In this document: positions 1-12,517 of the stretch, piece by piece | Layout: each line of letters starts with the position of its first letter | Position numbering within the stretch: the first letter of the stretch is position 1 | DNA from: Octopus vulgaris | Lineage: Eukaryota | Assembly: GCA_951406725.2 (NCBI GenBank) | Contig: OX597828.1 | Span: 20,212,001 to 20,276,000 of the forward strand | DNA: 64,000 bases | Direction of reading: 5' to 3' | Program-made: the position numbers and the translations under genes | The notes under the pieces: generated by a model | Seen by the model: the letters and a program-made list of their open reading frames with translations, nothing else | What the model was told of the DNA's origin: nothing | Database searches by the model: none

Positions 1-420
1 TTTAGCTTAAGTCCCTGGCACTCGCCGTATTCACGCAGTCCCGTGGATAATGAGTGCAAAACTGCAAAGACTTTCCGAACACCGACTGAAGAGGAAATCG
101 GCTGCGAATGATCCTGACTCTTTTGTCCTGTTGTATTTTGTTGATTTCCCCTTGTGTTCTTTCGGTCCTACCCTTGATTTATATATAAATATATATTTCG
201 TTTATGGATTTGGTTTGCAAGATGCATGTGAGTTCGTGTGTTGAAGCATATTCTGTTGTGTCTGGGGAGAGTCATTCACTTTTAGTGCCTTATTAATTTA
301 ACACACTCACCGTTTCATTTACTTCTTTATTTTTTCTAAAATTTTCGTTGCGTCTTGCAACCTTTTCAATAGTCATTGACTCTGTCCGTTCTCCAAGCTG
401 CGATCTTGGATAATGCGCAT
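1..420 (+). mobile_element. Terminal fragment of a probable Penelope-like (PLE) repeat family
   Basis: 1-140 resembles 2273-2400 (ttagctta...tgcaaaga...actgaNga...atgaNcc); ends in a (TG)n/(TA)n tract; no coding remnant seen. Confidence 0.4.
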
Positions 421-482
421 GTGTGTGGGTTAGTGTGTGTGCGCATACACATATGTCTGTATGTATGTATGTGTATGCAAGC

Positions 483-549
<67 letters not shown>

Positions 550-580
550 TGTATCCGAGTTTGTATTATTATGTATATAT

Positions 581-1004
581 ATTCTTTTCTACTCTAGGCA
601 CAAGATCCGAAATTTTTGGGTGGGAGAGGGCCAGTCGATTAGATCCGACCCCAGTACGCAAATGTTACTTAACTTATCGACCCCAAAGGCAAAGTAAATC
701 TCGGCAGAATTTGAACTCAGAACGCAAAGACAGGCGAAACACCACTGAGCATTTCACCCGACGTGCTAACGTTTCTTATTTATTGCCCACAAGGGGCTAA
801 ACATAGAAGGGACAAACAAGGACAGACAAAGGGATTAAGTCGATTACATCGAGCCCAGTGCGTAACTGGTACTTAATTTATCGACTCCGAAAGGATGAAA
901 GGCAAAGTCGATCTCGGGGAAATTTGAACTCAGAACGTAGCGGCAGATGAAATACCGCTAAGTATTTCGCCCGGCGTGCTAACGTTTCTGCCATCCCACC
1001 GCCT
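581..1004 (-). mobile_element. Head-to-tail dimer of tRNA-derived SINE (family B)
   Basis: Minus strand: head tggcagaaacgttagcacg and B-box-like gagttcaaattt, core ctttgcctttcatcctttcggagtcgataaattaagtaccag present twice, junction near 774; many related copies in window. Confidence 0.85.
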
Positions 1005-1019
1005 TGTACAGAAGAATAT

Positions 1020-1238
1020 ATTAATCAATGAAATTCCAGCTTAGTCTGATTTTCATGTTTTATTATTTGCAATTTTTACAAGTTTACAAGTTTACAATAT
1101 TGAAATAAACTAGTACCTACATACGTTATGAGTTTATTTCAATATTGTAAAATTGCAAAATTATAAAACTGCAAAATTGTAAAAATTGCAAAGAATAAAA
1201 TGTAAAAATCAGACTAAGTTGGAATTTCATTGATTAAT
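1020..1238. repeat. Imperfect fold-back inverted repeat (~90-105 bp arms)
   Basis: attaatcaatgaaattccagcttagtctgatttt...acaatattgaaataaact mirrored by agtttatttcaatattgt...aaaatcagactaagttggaatttcattgattaat. Confidence 0.85.
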
Positions 1239-1253
1239 TCATATATATTAATC

Positions 1254-1290
<37 letters not shown>

Positions 1291-1335
1291 AAGATCGGGC
1301 TGAGATAGATAGATAAATATATATATATATAGTGT

Positions 1336-1393
<58 letters not shown>

Positions 1394-1462
1394 TAAATAA
1401 AACATATGCATATATATATATACATATAACCTACCTCTACATGTATATATACACGCATATAT

Positions 1463-2446
1463 GAGTACAGGACACCAAAAAAAAAACATCGAACACTATG
1501 AGAAACGAAAACATAGACACAAACCCAAGGAACTGGACATTTTTCTTAAACAACAAACAAATAGAGTACAGGACAAATAACAAGGAAAAAAACCCTTCTT
1601 CAGTCGCCATGGTTTCATCTACTCTACGTTTCGAAGGTGATATATATATGTATGTGTGTGTGTGTCTAGATGTTTTGCCTTCTTGTCCCATTTTGTATTT
1701 TTTATATATAATAACATATAGCGGCGTACGTACACTTTGGTTTCTTATATGTAAGTATATATTTATCTAAATTTTGTACAGCTCTATTCTTTCTATTCTT
1801 TTATTCTTTTCTTCTTTCTATCAGACCTTTCACACTTCGTTCATTCCACTCTTCCTTCTTCCATTTCCCCTCTCTCACATTTCCGTGCCTTCTCTTCATG
1901 CTCACTTTCCCTCCTATTTTCACTTCACTCTGTCTCTATCATTTTTTCTCGTCCCCTCCTTATTTTTTCTGTCCCTCTGCCTCTATTTCTCTCTCTTCTC
2001 TCCCCACGTGACCAGTGTCCGGCCAAGCTTGCCCCTTCTTTCTTGGAATGGCCGCCGTCTGTGCAACATCTATATTCCTCTCTGTGCCTGTGAAATCTTG
2101 TATCCTTGCCGTAAGGCTTTACTTCCACACACGCCGGATTAATTTAATTCGTCCTTAGTCGAAAGACACCTGTTGTTATGTCCTGTTATTTGTATTTGTG
2201 TAAAATTCTCCGTTTTTTCCTGTCCTTGTTTCCGTATACATTCGCTGCTTTCTTTCAGAGAATATAATGCCCTTAGCTTAGTTTTTCTTTGGGGCTGGTC
2301 AGATTGTAGTAATCTCGAGTATAACTAGTCAAAATTGCAAAGATAGCCTGGAACTCTACTGAGGAAAGAGAACGCCGCATGACCCCTGCTTGTTTTCTTT
2401 GTATCGTCTATCTGGATGTTTTGCACTCTTGTCCCATTCTGTATTA
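1463..2446. mobile_element. Cluster of probable PLE terminal fragments between (TA)n tracts
   Basis: End motif gatgttttgc..tcttgtcccatt.tgtatt recurs at ~1669, ~2415 and (diverged) ~35140; 2020-2135 recurs inverted at 23945-24065; GAAACGTA on minus strand at ~1625-1632. Confidence 0.5.
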
Positions 2447-2465
2447 TATATATATATATATATAT

Positions 2466-3589
2466 TGTTGTGAATAGTTCAGCTCACGGTACTTCTTGAC
2501 CTACTTTTGGGATAAACCCATTGTCCTGTCAGATTCAGGTGGATTGATCGGTTCTGGGTAAACTCTGCGACCCCTTTCGGGTGAATTAGAGTTCGTTCTA
2601 GACATCCCTTGAATATGTGAGGAAGAATCTAGCAGTAGTAAGAAAAAGATAGAGTAGGGAATCTAAGAGCAGATGGAGAGGGTATTGACAGTAAGAGAGG
2701 ATGAGGGGCAGAGAGAAGAAAGGTAGTGAGAGAGATAGAGTATAAGGCTAACGGACAGATTGAGGCGATAGAGATAGGCAGTAAGGGAGCAGGGCAGTTA
2801 GAGAGGAAGTGAGGTATTGGCAGTCGGTGGTCGGTCCTCGAAGAACACAGTCGGATTCTTGGAAGTTAGGAACAAGCGGTGGAATCATAGGAGCAAGTTG
2901 GGATGCGAGAGAACTTGGCGGCACAGAGTGGAATATGTACGGAGGAATTAGCGGTACGGAGAGATGGAGTGCGGAATGGGACACTGGCGATTCTAATTAG
3001 GAATTAAGGTATTTGATTGTGTATTGATACGTGTCACGGTGTATTGAACAGTGAAAAGAACAGTCAAGGACTTGTTGATATGTCGATTATCGAGTTGTGG
3101 TATTTATGTTCAGAATTGTGTTGATATGTGTAGAAAAAGATTATAAAGAACTGTGAACGTTATCTGTTGATGTGATTTGGGAAAAGAACTGTGTCTCCGG
3201 ACGTGTACCTTTGGAATACTGTATATGACTTGTTGTGTCGTAACCGGACTGTTATATTGTTACATGCATGTTGTTAAATGCTTTGATCTGTGGTATACTT
3301 GTATGATGTATTGATTTGTTGTTTGCCTTAAATGCTTTGATGTTGTAACCATTGATTGTCATATAAACTAGTTGTTGAATGTAAGCCAGTGTTGCCGTTT
3401 TGCCTTGCCTCTTTTGGTGTCTCTCTCTGGTGCCTCTCTCGGGTTGTATCTCTGTGTCTCTGTTGCCTTGCTGCGGTTGTGTCTCTCTCCTCTCCTCTCT
3501 CCGACGAGTTTCCGTGGCGAGAATATTCGCTGATCGAGTCGGGCCTGTCTGAGGGATTCCGTACAGTTTTCGGAGGTCCCCTCGTAACA
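2466..3589. mobile_element. Solo LTR (Gypsy-like)
   Basis: Begins TGTTG and ends TAACA (TG...CA), flanked on both sides by ATAT (candidate 4-bp TSD) at a (TA)n tract; 1124 bp with no credible ORF. Confidence 0.65.
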
Positions 3590-3600
3590 ATATATAGATG

Positions 3601-3659
<59 letters not shown>

Positions 3660-4029
3660 TCAGTCATAAATAGGCACGTATAATGTGTGTGGAGGGGGGA
3701 AGGTTTTATTTGCCTCCCACTACACTTGGCAGCCGACGTTGGTTGTTTACGTTCCCGCAAGATAGCAATTCGGAAAATATGGTCGATAAAATAAGTTGCA
3801 AACTTAAGAGAAATAAATTCTGCGGTAGATTTGTTTAACAAAACCCTTCTAGGCGAGGCTCCAGCACGGCCACCGTCCAATGACTGAAACAAATGAAAGA
3901 TAATAGGTAAAGGAAAAGCACTATAGACCATCGTTGTTGGAGTAAATAGAAATAGCAGCCATGTTCCCCCTTACATCACAGTCTGTTGTCAGAGATTCAT
4001 TAAGACATATTAATGTACCACGCATCAGG

Positions 4030-4158
4030 TGTCGAAGTGATCGCAGAGTAACGTAAGATGAAGTATTTTGCTCAAGAACACGAAGCACAACCCGGTCTAG
4101 GAATTGAAACCACGACCTCGCGATCGCAACACCCTAACCACTCGGCTATGCCTCCTCA
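4030..4158 (-). mobile_element. Old tRNA-derived SINE 5' part (family C, V-domain-like)
   Basis: Minus strand gccgagtggttagg...ggtttcaattcc...gtgttcttgagcaaaatactt; matches 6098 copy. Confidence 0.65.
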
Positions 4159-4938
4159 CAATTCATAATACATAATACATAAATATATGCTTTCCGTAGT
4201 TTTATTAGTTGATTCTTAGAATATTTTATCTCTGCCATATACTGCAATTTGTTACATGCACTTTAGATTATCCTCATGGCTAATCACTGCAGAGATGATT
4301 TAAATAAGATAACAAACACAATTTAAAATAGATAAACACTAACACAGGTAACATCGAATTCAACCCGAATTAAATAGATCTGATATCAAGATATCCCTAC
4401 CTGAACACTGATTAAAGACGTCGCAGAGTTAAGTTAAAAGTTATTTCTTAATTGGTATCTTACTTCGTTTGTGTAATACTTTATCTCAATCCTCAATATA
4501 AAGAGAAAATTAAATAAGATGGCGACTGAAAAGATGGCTACGATTACTAATGATGGTCACGATTACTAATGATGTGCCGTTCGCGGATTGTGATGTTATT
4601 TCATTTTAGTTGTAAAGCCATAAGTGAACCTTATCGAGAAAATTCATAATGAAAGACAAAGATTTGTTTATCATTTTTATCAGATCTAATGACCAAGTTC
4701 AGGCTTCCTTATTAGCTATATAAACGTCTGCGATAAAATATGGCCTACTTGGAGGCTAGTCGTGTGTTGTGTGGCGGCGATGTGACGGCGTGGGTCAGAA
4801 GTTTGTTTGTGTCTGTTTCGTTAACACGTGGTTAATCCAACTTTTGCAGCATCATGGGTGACTGCTGATCAATGCATTGTGAACAACAACAATAACATCA
4901 GCAGCAGCATCACCATTATTATTATTATTATTATTATT

Positions 4939-5360
4939 GAGTGAGAGAGCAGTTCATGCCATCAAAGTGACACTGGGGTAAAATATATGAAGCCCAATAT
5001 ACCCATCATGACTACCCGTCTGATTAGGGTACACCAAGCACATGCATCACTACCATATGTGCGCGACATGGTGATCTCATATCAAGGTAAACAGCGCATG
5101 ACCTTGCAGGTGGGGCCCAGTTAGAATTTTCTTCAGGTTGAGTAGTCCATCCCGCTCAAAAGGTCCCTGAATAAGGGTTGTTTAAGGATGTTAAAAGAAC
5201 CACCCATGTTTCCAGAGGTGAATTATTCAAACTCCAAAGAATCCCTCTCAACACATGGCTATGATGCTCCCCCACTACTTCTGCTCGTGATCAGAGATGC
5301 ACATATCGTCAGCCACTAAGGAACATGCTCAACTGGTTAAGGTCAAACAACTGACAAGCA

Positions 5361-5361
<1 letters not shown>
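4939..5361. mobile_element. Unclassified ~420-bp interspersed element embedded in (TAT)n
   Basis: Non-coding block of higher GC cleanly bounded by (ATT)n on both sides, next to a Dong/R4 fragment. Confidence 0.5.
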
Positions 5362-5408
<47 letters not shown>

Positions 5409-6030
5409 TTCTTTCGTTCTTTCTTCAAATTTGCTTCGATTTCTCGCCGAGTGTTTTCCGTACACCTAGGGCAGAAAAGTTTATTGTATGCATTACCAGA
5501 TTACACGCGCAAATTCACAGGTAAAATATGTATTTAAAAATTAATAAATAAATAAATTCATGAATGGATGGTTTTTTCACAGCGATAATGCTCTTCTCAG
5601 TACATGAGTCGTTCCAGTTAACACGATTTTCTGCACTTCCTGTAGGGATGGTAAGCCTAGTATCATTTTCAAATAGGTTTCAGTCTCTTTTTTTTTTATC
5701 ATTCCTAGAGATCCTACAATCACTGGTACTGTAGTCGCCTTGAGATGCCACATTTTTCTATTAGCAAGTCTTTATATTTACTAATCTTGTCAAATTCTTT
5801 TGCCGCTATATTGTGATCGCAAGGAATACTCATGTCAATTAATAAACAAATCTTTTTCGCCTATCTTTCTCTTCTGACTGAGAAGTCCCAGAGAATCGAT
5901 ACATTTTCTCCCTCAGTCACAGCTTCAGGATGGTGTTTATACCATTTGTCAGCAGTTTTAATTTTATAATGCCGACATATTGTCCAGTGTAAATACTGGC
6001 CGACTCTGTCATGTCTATGACTCTACACTC
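5409..6030 (-). mobile_element. 5'-truncated Dong/R4-clade non-LTR retrotransposon (RLE C-terminus plus 3' UTR), decayed
   Basis: Minus translation RHDRVGQYLHWTICRHYKIKTADKWYKHHPEAVTEGENVSILWDF..LLIDMSIPCDHNIAAKEFDKISKYKDL..MWHLKATTVPVIVGSLGMI..LQEVQKIVLTGTTHVLRRALSL*; flanked by (TAA)n, the known Dong target. Confidence 0.85.
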
Positions 6031-6097
6031 TAATTATTATTATTATTGTTATTATTATTATTGTTATTATTATTGTTATTATTATTATTATTATTAT

Positions 6098-6421
6098 GGC
6101 TCAGTGGTTAGAGCGTCGAGCTTAAGATCGTGAGGTTGTGAGCTCGAATCCCGGACCGGGCTGCGTGTTGTGTTCTTGAGCAAGACACTTTATTTCACGT
6201 TGCTCCAGTTCACTCAGCTGTAGAAATGAGTTGCGACGTTACAGGTGCCAAGCTGTATCGGTCATTGCCTTTCCCTTGGATAACAATGGTGGCATGGAGA
6301 GGGGAGGTCGGTATGTATGGGTGCCTGCTGGTCTTTCATAAACAACCTTGCCAGGATTTGTGCCTCGAGGAGTAACTTTCTACGTGCAATCCCATTGTCA
6401 GTCATGTCCGAAGGGGGCCTC
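6098..6421 (+). mobile_element. tRNA-derived SINE (family C, V-domain-like)
   Basis: A box ggctcagtggttag, B-box-like gagctcgaatcc, then gtgttcttgagcaagacactttatttcacgttgctccagttcactcagctg. Confidence 0.8.
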
Positions 6422-6437
6422 AACACACACATAGATA

Positions 6438-6502
<65 letters not shown>

Positions 6503-6742
6503 GAAATATGTTAAAAAAAGAAAATATAAAATACACGTGGAAATATATGGGTAAAATATGAAAAATCAACGAAAATACACATTGTAGATAAAAAAAAAAG
6601 GCTTTTTATGACAGGTAACGACAAATATATACATTTAGATGGACTGAGGTAGTAATAAAAGTCATAAAAGTCATTATTATGAGATTATTATAAGATGATA
6701 ATAAAGTCAGAAAACAAAGCGAACCATGGTTTCCACAAAAAG

Positions 6743-6866
<124 letters not shown>

Positions 6867-6922
6867 GCATGCAAACGCTCACAAAGGCACACAGAGAGAG
6901 AAATACACACAGAGAAGCAAAG

Positions 6923-6980
<58 letters not shown>

Positions 6981-7049
6981 AGAAAGAGAAATGAATGCTT
7001 ATTTACATTGTTTCTGCATGGAAAATTTTCATCAAGTAAAATATACTTG

Positions 7050-8130
7050 ATTCATAAAATAGAAAAAGAGATGTACAATGTCCAGTTTATTTCGAGAATT
7101 ATTTACTCTAAGAGTTTCTTGCTAATGGTTGCTGATTCTACTCACGACGATTGCAATCTTTATCGCCACTCAAACATTCGTCATCATCAAAATCCAATAT
7201 GGCTACCAATGACGTGCAAGAGCTAGATTCACCCAAATTTGGTAACATGATATGCTGCATCTCGATATCAATATCTCTACTGGGAAAATTCTACTGGCAA
7301 AATTCTTCAGTGACTATTGAATTGAATATTGAGGAAATTATGCACACGCATAGAATCCTACTTTTCGATAATGAGTCAGATTGGAAAGTGAAATCGAACC
7401 CGCAGTCTTATTCTACATGCTGATGGGCTGCTCGTATGAGAGTACAGGTATTTGCGATGTTGTTGGCTTGTATATACTAAAACTGCTAAACACTGAATTC
7501 ATTAAGTTTACCAGTGGCTTGTACCAAGACGATGGATTAGCTACATCAGACTATCACGCTGGCTACTCTCAAAGATACTTTGAGGGAAAATGTCATAGCT
7601 ACTTTCAACGGACAAAGTGTGGTTGCAGTTATTATTCTTAGCTAAACTTGCTATTCTAGATGAATGACTAAACCTAGAATCACTTGCATAAAAACTCTTT
7701 CGTAAGCCAACTGGGAAACATGGGTATATTGATACACACAAATGCCAATATTTACTATCTATAAGCCTTGTCTCTCATAAAAAGAGAAGCGCCATTCTCA
7801 CCTATATAAAATTTTGATAAGGCCGTCTTTTTCTATATCAAGGATCTATAACAGCCGTTATCGGCTTCAAGGCGAACATTTTCTTTAGCCCACACACCCA
7901 AACCTCTTGATCCTAGAATAAACTAGAATGAGTAGAATTCTCAATATAACCTCGGATGGAAGTTCTTGACAAGTGAAAGTCACAAGTCAAATTATCAATC
8001 AAATGCAGGCCTTGTACAACAGGAACGGAGCACATTTTAAACAGGGCTCAGAGACTCTGACAACTGTTTGAACTACAGAAATGAAATATTCAGCAGTCCT
8101 CGTACAAATAAATATCTTCTATGCCAGTGA
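7050..8130 (+). pseudogene. Decayed Penelope-like element: reverse transcriptase and C-terminal end
   Basis: Frameshifted pieces IMHTHRILLFDNESDWKVKSNP / MGCSYESTGICDVVGLYILKLLN..GLYQDDGL (YxDD) / LNLESLA*KLFRKPTGKHGYIDTH / CLNYRNEIFSSPRTNKYLL*. Confidence 0.8.
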
Positions 8131-8746
8131 AAACTTTATCCGTCAGTAAATTAAATTCTGTGCACATACTTCATTTTTATCATTTTCCAAATGCCCACTT
8201 TATTGCCAACTGAAACAATCTGAAGGTCATAATCCGATTTTTATCAGCACTAGGCTTATTTACCCGATATATATTTACACTCTCGCTGTTCACCGCGGTT
8301 TCATGAATGTTATCGTTAGCTACATTGGTTCTCCACATGACAAATGAAAGTGCACCAATAACAGATGTATTCGTTGTATTCATACTGAGAACAATCAACC
8401 TGCATTCTCATAGAACTGAAATAGGCGTTGCCGTATAAAGAACTATACATACATGCATACATACATACATACATATACACATACATACATAAATACATAC
8501 ATTGTTTCAAAAATTTTGCCATAAAGGCACGATAAAGAGTAGCTTGCGGGCTGGACAAAGACATTGGTGAAGTGAATGATGATAAGGATGATATTAATGG
8601 GAGAAGACACCCCCCACCGATCCTTTGCTTCTCTAAAACATTATTCCCTTCTTTTTTTCACTGAAAAAGACAAAATGTGGTAATGAACCTCTTATTTCAG
8701 TTTCACAATTTTTGGACTTGAGTCTTATAGTGGTTTATACTATTAG

Positions 8747-8810
<64 letters not shown>

Positions 8811-8813
<3 letters not shown>

Positions 8814-9045
8814 AATATTAGGGAATAAATCCAAACTTACAGGGAAAAATCAGATTTAGGATTGAATCCAATTTTATAGTAAAATATTATATTATATTAA
8901 ATTAGAGACAAAACCACTATTAGGCAAATCAAACAATGAAGAACTTAAGCCAATACATATTATTATTTAATTTATATTATTTAAATATATAACAAAATTA
9001 TTAAAAAAATATAATTAATTTCACACTACGATCGTTTCATGCCTG
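8811..9045 (-). mobile_element. PLE terminal-repeat fragment carrying the 3' half of a hammerhead
   Basis: Same family as 10205-10557, 31215-31330, 50140-50275 and 51855-51955; GAAAC-GATC-GTA on minus at 9027-9038; abuts (TA)n. Confidence 0.7.
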
Positions 9046-9183
9046 CTAACTTCTTCAAATTTTTGAGTCGCAGTCATTCATCCGGTGGTTTAAATATCTA
9101 CTGAGTATTCCTGCCAAATTTGGTGAAAATCCGTTTCGCCGTTTTCCAGAGAAACAAAGACAATCGACTACGATTCCCTTCTA

Positions 9184-9227
<44 letters not shown>

Positions 9228-9335
9228 TCGGGGTGAGTACTTGATAATTATAAGCACCTGTGTATACCGTTTGGTGGTGTAGGTGGTGGAGTAAATTGAT
9301 CAAAATAAAAATAAAAACATGAGGCGAAGGATTCA

Positions 9336-9413
9336 GCGGTACATATGTTTCGGGCCTTTATTAGACAGATTTATAACAAAGCATAATGTATGTCTGTGGC
9401 CTTCTTCAGCCGC
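9336..9413 (-). ncRNA. Type I hammerhead ribozyme motif with extended stem II
   Basis: GCGG-CUGAAGA-AGGCC-[ACAGA...UCUGU insert]-GGCCC-GAAAC-AUAU-GUA^CCGC. Confidence 0.75.
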
Positions 9414-9754
9414 GCACAACAGCTTCCACAAGGACATGTGTTACATCAAAAATTCTTGGTTGGGGATGCAAATCCTCTCGTTCACGTACGACATAATGCG
9501 GCAGCAGCATAGAATTGAAGCGTCCATCTCTTTCTTCTCTCAATGTAGAATGAGGAAACTTGGATGTTGAGGTAATGTAAATAAATAAATACGTATATAG
9601 AGGTGAAGATGGAGGGGCGAGAGTTCGGGACGAGGGATAAAAAATATATATAAAAAATGTACGTATAGAATAATATAAAAATGTAGAGGATAAAGATATA
9701 GAGGATAAAGATGTAAAAATATAAAAATATAAAAATAATATAAAAATAGAAAAT

Positions 9755-9807
<53 letters not shown>

Positions 9808-9809
<2 letters not shown>

Positions 9810-10018
9810 CATTATTGGTGAATTGAAGAAATGGAGCTGAACGCAGATTGAACAGAAATCGTTTTATTTCATTCTACACGTGTTTCGAAAGGCACAAATT
9901 ACCAAATTCCGAATCGGAATTTGGTAATTTGTGCCTTTCGAAACACGTGTAGAATGAAATAAAACGATTTCTGTTCAATCTGCGTTCAGCTCCATTTCTT
10001 CAATTCACCAATAATGTT
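9808..10018. repeat. Perfect palindrome, 105-bp arms, 1-nt spacer (9913)
   Basis: Arms compared base by base and are exact reverse complements; each carries GAAAC-ACGT-GTA. Confidence 0.95.
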
Positions 10019-10164
10019 TTAATTTCAATTATCCGCACCAACGCACGGTTGCAACACCATATGGTTGTACCTCCAACCGTGCTGTTTACTGCTGTGATTT
10101 TTGCTACTAAGGTATCGGTTAAACTTTTGATTAATCTACTACAAGATTATTCATCTTTCTATTT

Positions 10165-10204
<40 letters not shown>

Positions 10205-10206
<2 letters not shown>

Positions 10207-10553
10207 ATTAATTCGAGACAAAACCACTATTTTGCAAATCAAACAAGGAAATACTTAATCAATACATAAAAAATTTTAATATAAAGTAAATAAACCGCCA
10301 CTACAATTGTTTCATGTCTTCAAATGACATTCGTCAGGTGGATTTCCGATCTTCTAATCATTTTAAATTTAATTGTAGTGGCGGTTTATTTACTTTATAT
10401 TAAAATTTTTTATGTATTGATTAAGTATTTCCTTGTTTGATTTGCATAATAGTGGTTTTGTCTCTAATTAATATTATATTATATTTTACTATAAAATTGG
10501 ATTCAATCCTAAATCTGATTTTTCCCTGTAAATTTGGATTTATTCCCTAATAT

Positions 10554-10557
<4 letters not shown>
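10205..10557. mobile_element. Tail-out inverted pair of PLE terminal repeats
   Basis: 10205-10308 and 10371-10474 are inverted with 2 mismatches; the right arm continues as the reverse complement of 8811-8900; bounded by (TA)n. Confidence 0.8.
10298..10341 (-). ncRNA. Minimal type I hammerhead ribozyme motif
   Basis: CCAC-CUGACGA-AUGUC-AUUUGAA-GACAU-GAAAC-AAUU-GUA^GUGG: complete core, 4-bp stem I, 5-bp stem II, palindromic loop 3. Confidence 0.85.
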
Positions 10558-10600
<43 letters not shown>

Positions 10601-11178
10601 AATATGTGTGTGTGTGTGTGTGTGTGTGTGGCATACCTTCTTTAGATGACCTTTATAATTAATGAGTAAAGACATGAACAATGTAACAGTTTGTGTTTTC
10701 CATTTTCCACCTGATTACTATTATTTAGACAAGAAGTTAAGTTCAAAATGCACAGACTCACATGAAAAATTCCGATTACTGGCAAATCGCCCATCAATTA
10801 TATTAACTAAGCTCTAACACTTGTACTGAGTAATTCTTCTGTCTCTCATTGCCCCTATCGTACATGTAAGTATATATGTGTGTGTGTGTGTGTGCGCGCG
10901 TATGTGAGTGCGTGTGTGTGTTTGTATGTTTGTGTGTACGGTGTGTGCGTGTGTGTGTATATATATTCACACCACACATGTACACACATATATACATATA
11001 TGTATATATCCATACATACATAGAAATATACATATATTTAGTATCTCCTGTCTTCGACTTTTGTTTTCTGCAAATTTCAACTATATATATATATAAATAT
11101 ATATATATTTTTTACTTTAGTTTCAGCTCAGAGCTGTGGCCATGCTGATGCTGATATATATGTATATATACACACATA

Positions 11179-11639
11179 CAGACTGTTCTGAAATTAAGGC
11201 AACCAACATTTTTCAATTTGACCAAAGCAAAATATTGTTACATTTCGGCTCCGAGCATTGCAATGCAATGATGGAGACACAATTATGACACTATCATATG
11301 TTTTCGAAACAACCACCTCTGTTTCGAATCACAGCCTTAAGTCTAGACGCGAAAGCTTCACACGCGGCACGCAGCAGTTCTTGCGGAAACGAAGCCCATT
11401 CCTGGCGTAGCTTTGCTTTCAGATCATCAACCCAAATTAGACCAAACAGAAGAATCCAACGCGTTAAAATCGGGGCTTCTTGAGGGTCATACATGCTTGC
11501 CTATAAACAAGTGAATGTTTTTTTCTAAATCCAGTGTTTTGGCTCTTTGGAATTGTGGGACAGTGTCGAGTCCTTATGGAGGGTCCAAGCTTTACCTTGA
11601 AAGTGCTCATTCGCCCATGGAAGTAGTGCAGCTTCCAGA

Positions 11640-11692
<53 letters not shown>

Positions 11693-12127
11693 TATACAGT
11701 TTATTTCCGGCGACATAGCTGTGTGGTAAGTAGCTTGCTTACGAACCACATGGTTCCGGGTTCAGTCCCACGGCGTGGCATCTTGGGCGAGTCTCTTCTA
11801 CTGTAGCCTCGAGCCGACCAAAGCCTTGAGAGTAGATTTGGTAGACGGAAACTGAAAGAAGCCCATCGTATATATGTATATGTATACGTATGTGTGTGTA
11901 CATCTTTGTGTGTCGGTGTTTGTTCCCCCAACATCGCTTAACAACCGATGCTGGTGTCTTTACGTCCCCGTAACTTAGCGGTTCGGCAAAAAGACACCGA
12001 TAGAATAAGTACTAGGCTTACAAAGAATAAGTCCTGGGGTCGATTTGCTCGACTAAAGGAGGTGCTCCAGCATGGCCACAGTCAATGACTGAAACAAGTT
12101 AAATAAGTAAAAAGAAAAAAATGAGTA

Positions 12128-12158
<31 letters not shown>

Positions 12159-12517
12159 TTCTTAGATACTCTTGATAAGCTAAGGGAGGGATCCGCACAC
12201 GTCTTTTTCGGCTACGTCCAGGTCGAACAGCGATGGAACCAGTCCCTTGAAATTTTTTGACAATTTTCCAGACTGTTGTTCGGTTAGTTTTAAAACTTTA
12301 TTGCTATAGCTATATTAATTTCGGCTCTTTTTTGGAGGGTTATATTTGTATTTCGCCATAAAGCCATTATCTAATTTATAAATCTGAATTTTTTTAGTTT
12401 GAAACAAAACGAAGGCACACTAAGCTTTTATAATACCGTATAATTTTCATATCTTATTACATTTATTGATAGTTATTAAAGCCTGAACTTCGGTTGCCTT
12501 AATTCCAGGACACTCTG
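11179..12517 (-). mobile_element. Internally deleted Tc1/mariner-superfamily transposon (maT/DD37D-like) with both TIRs
   Basis: 26-bp TIRs 11179-11204 and 12492-12517 match 23/26, TA on left flank; remnants NRTTVWKIVKKFQGTGSIAVRPGRSRKR, ILEAALLPWANEHFQGKAWTLHKDSTLSH, DLKAKLRQEWASFPQELLRAACEAFASRLKAVIRNRGGCFE; interrupted by a SINE and (TA)n. Confidence 0.85.
11709..12126 (+). mobile_element. tRNA-derived SINE (family A), near full length
   Basis: gctgtgtggtaag...gggttcagtccc head, internal (TA/TG)n, 3' end gctccagcatggccacagtcaatgactgaaacaag. Confidence 0.9.

Noticed and set aside
6098-6170. tRNA-like A/B boxes here and at other SINE heads
   Set aside because: No complete cloverleaf; each continues into a SINE body
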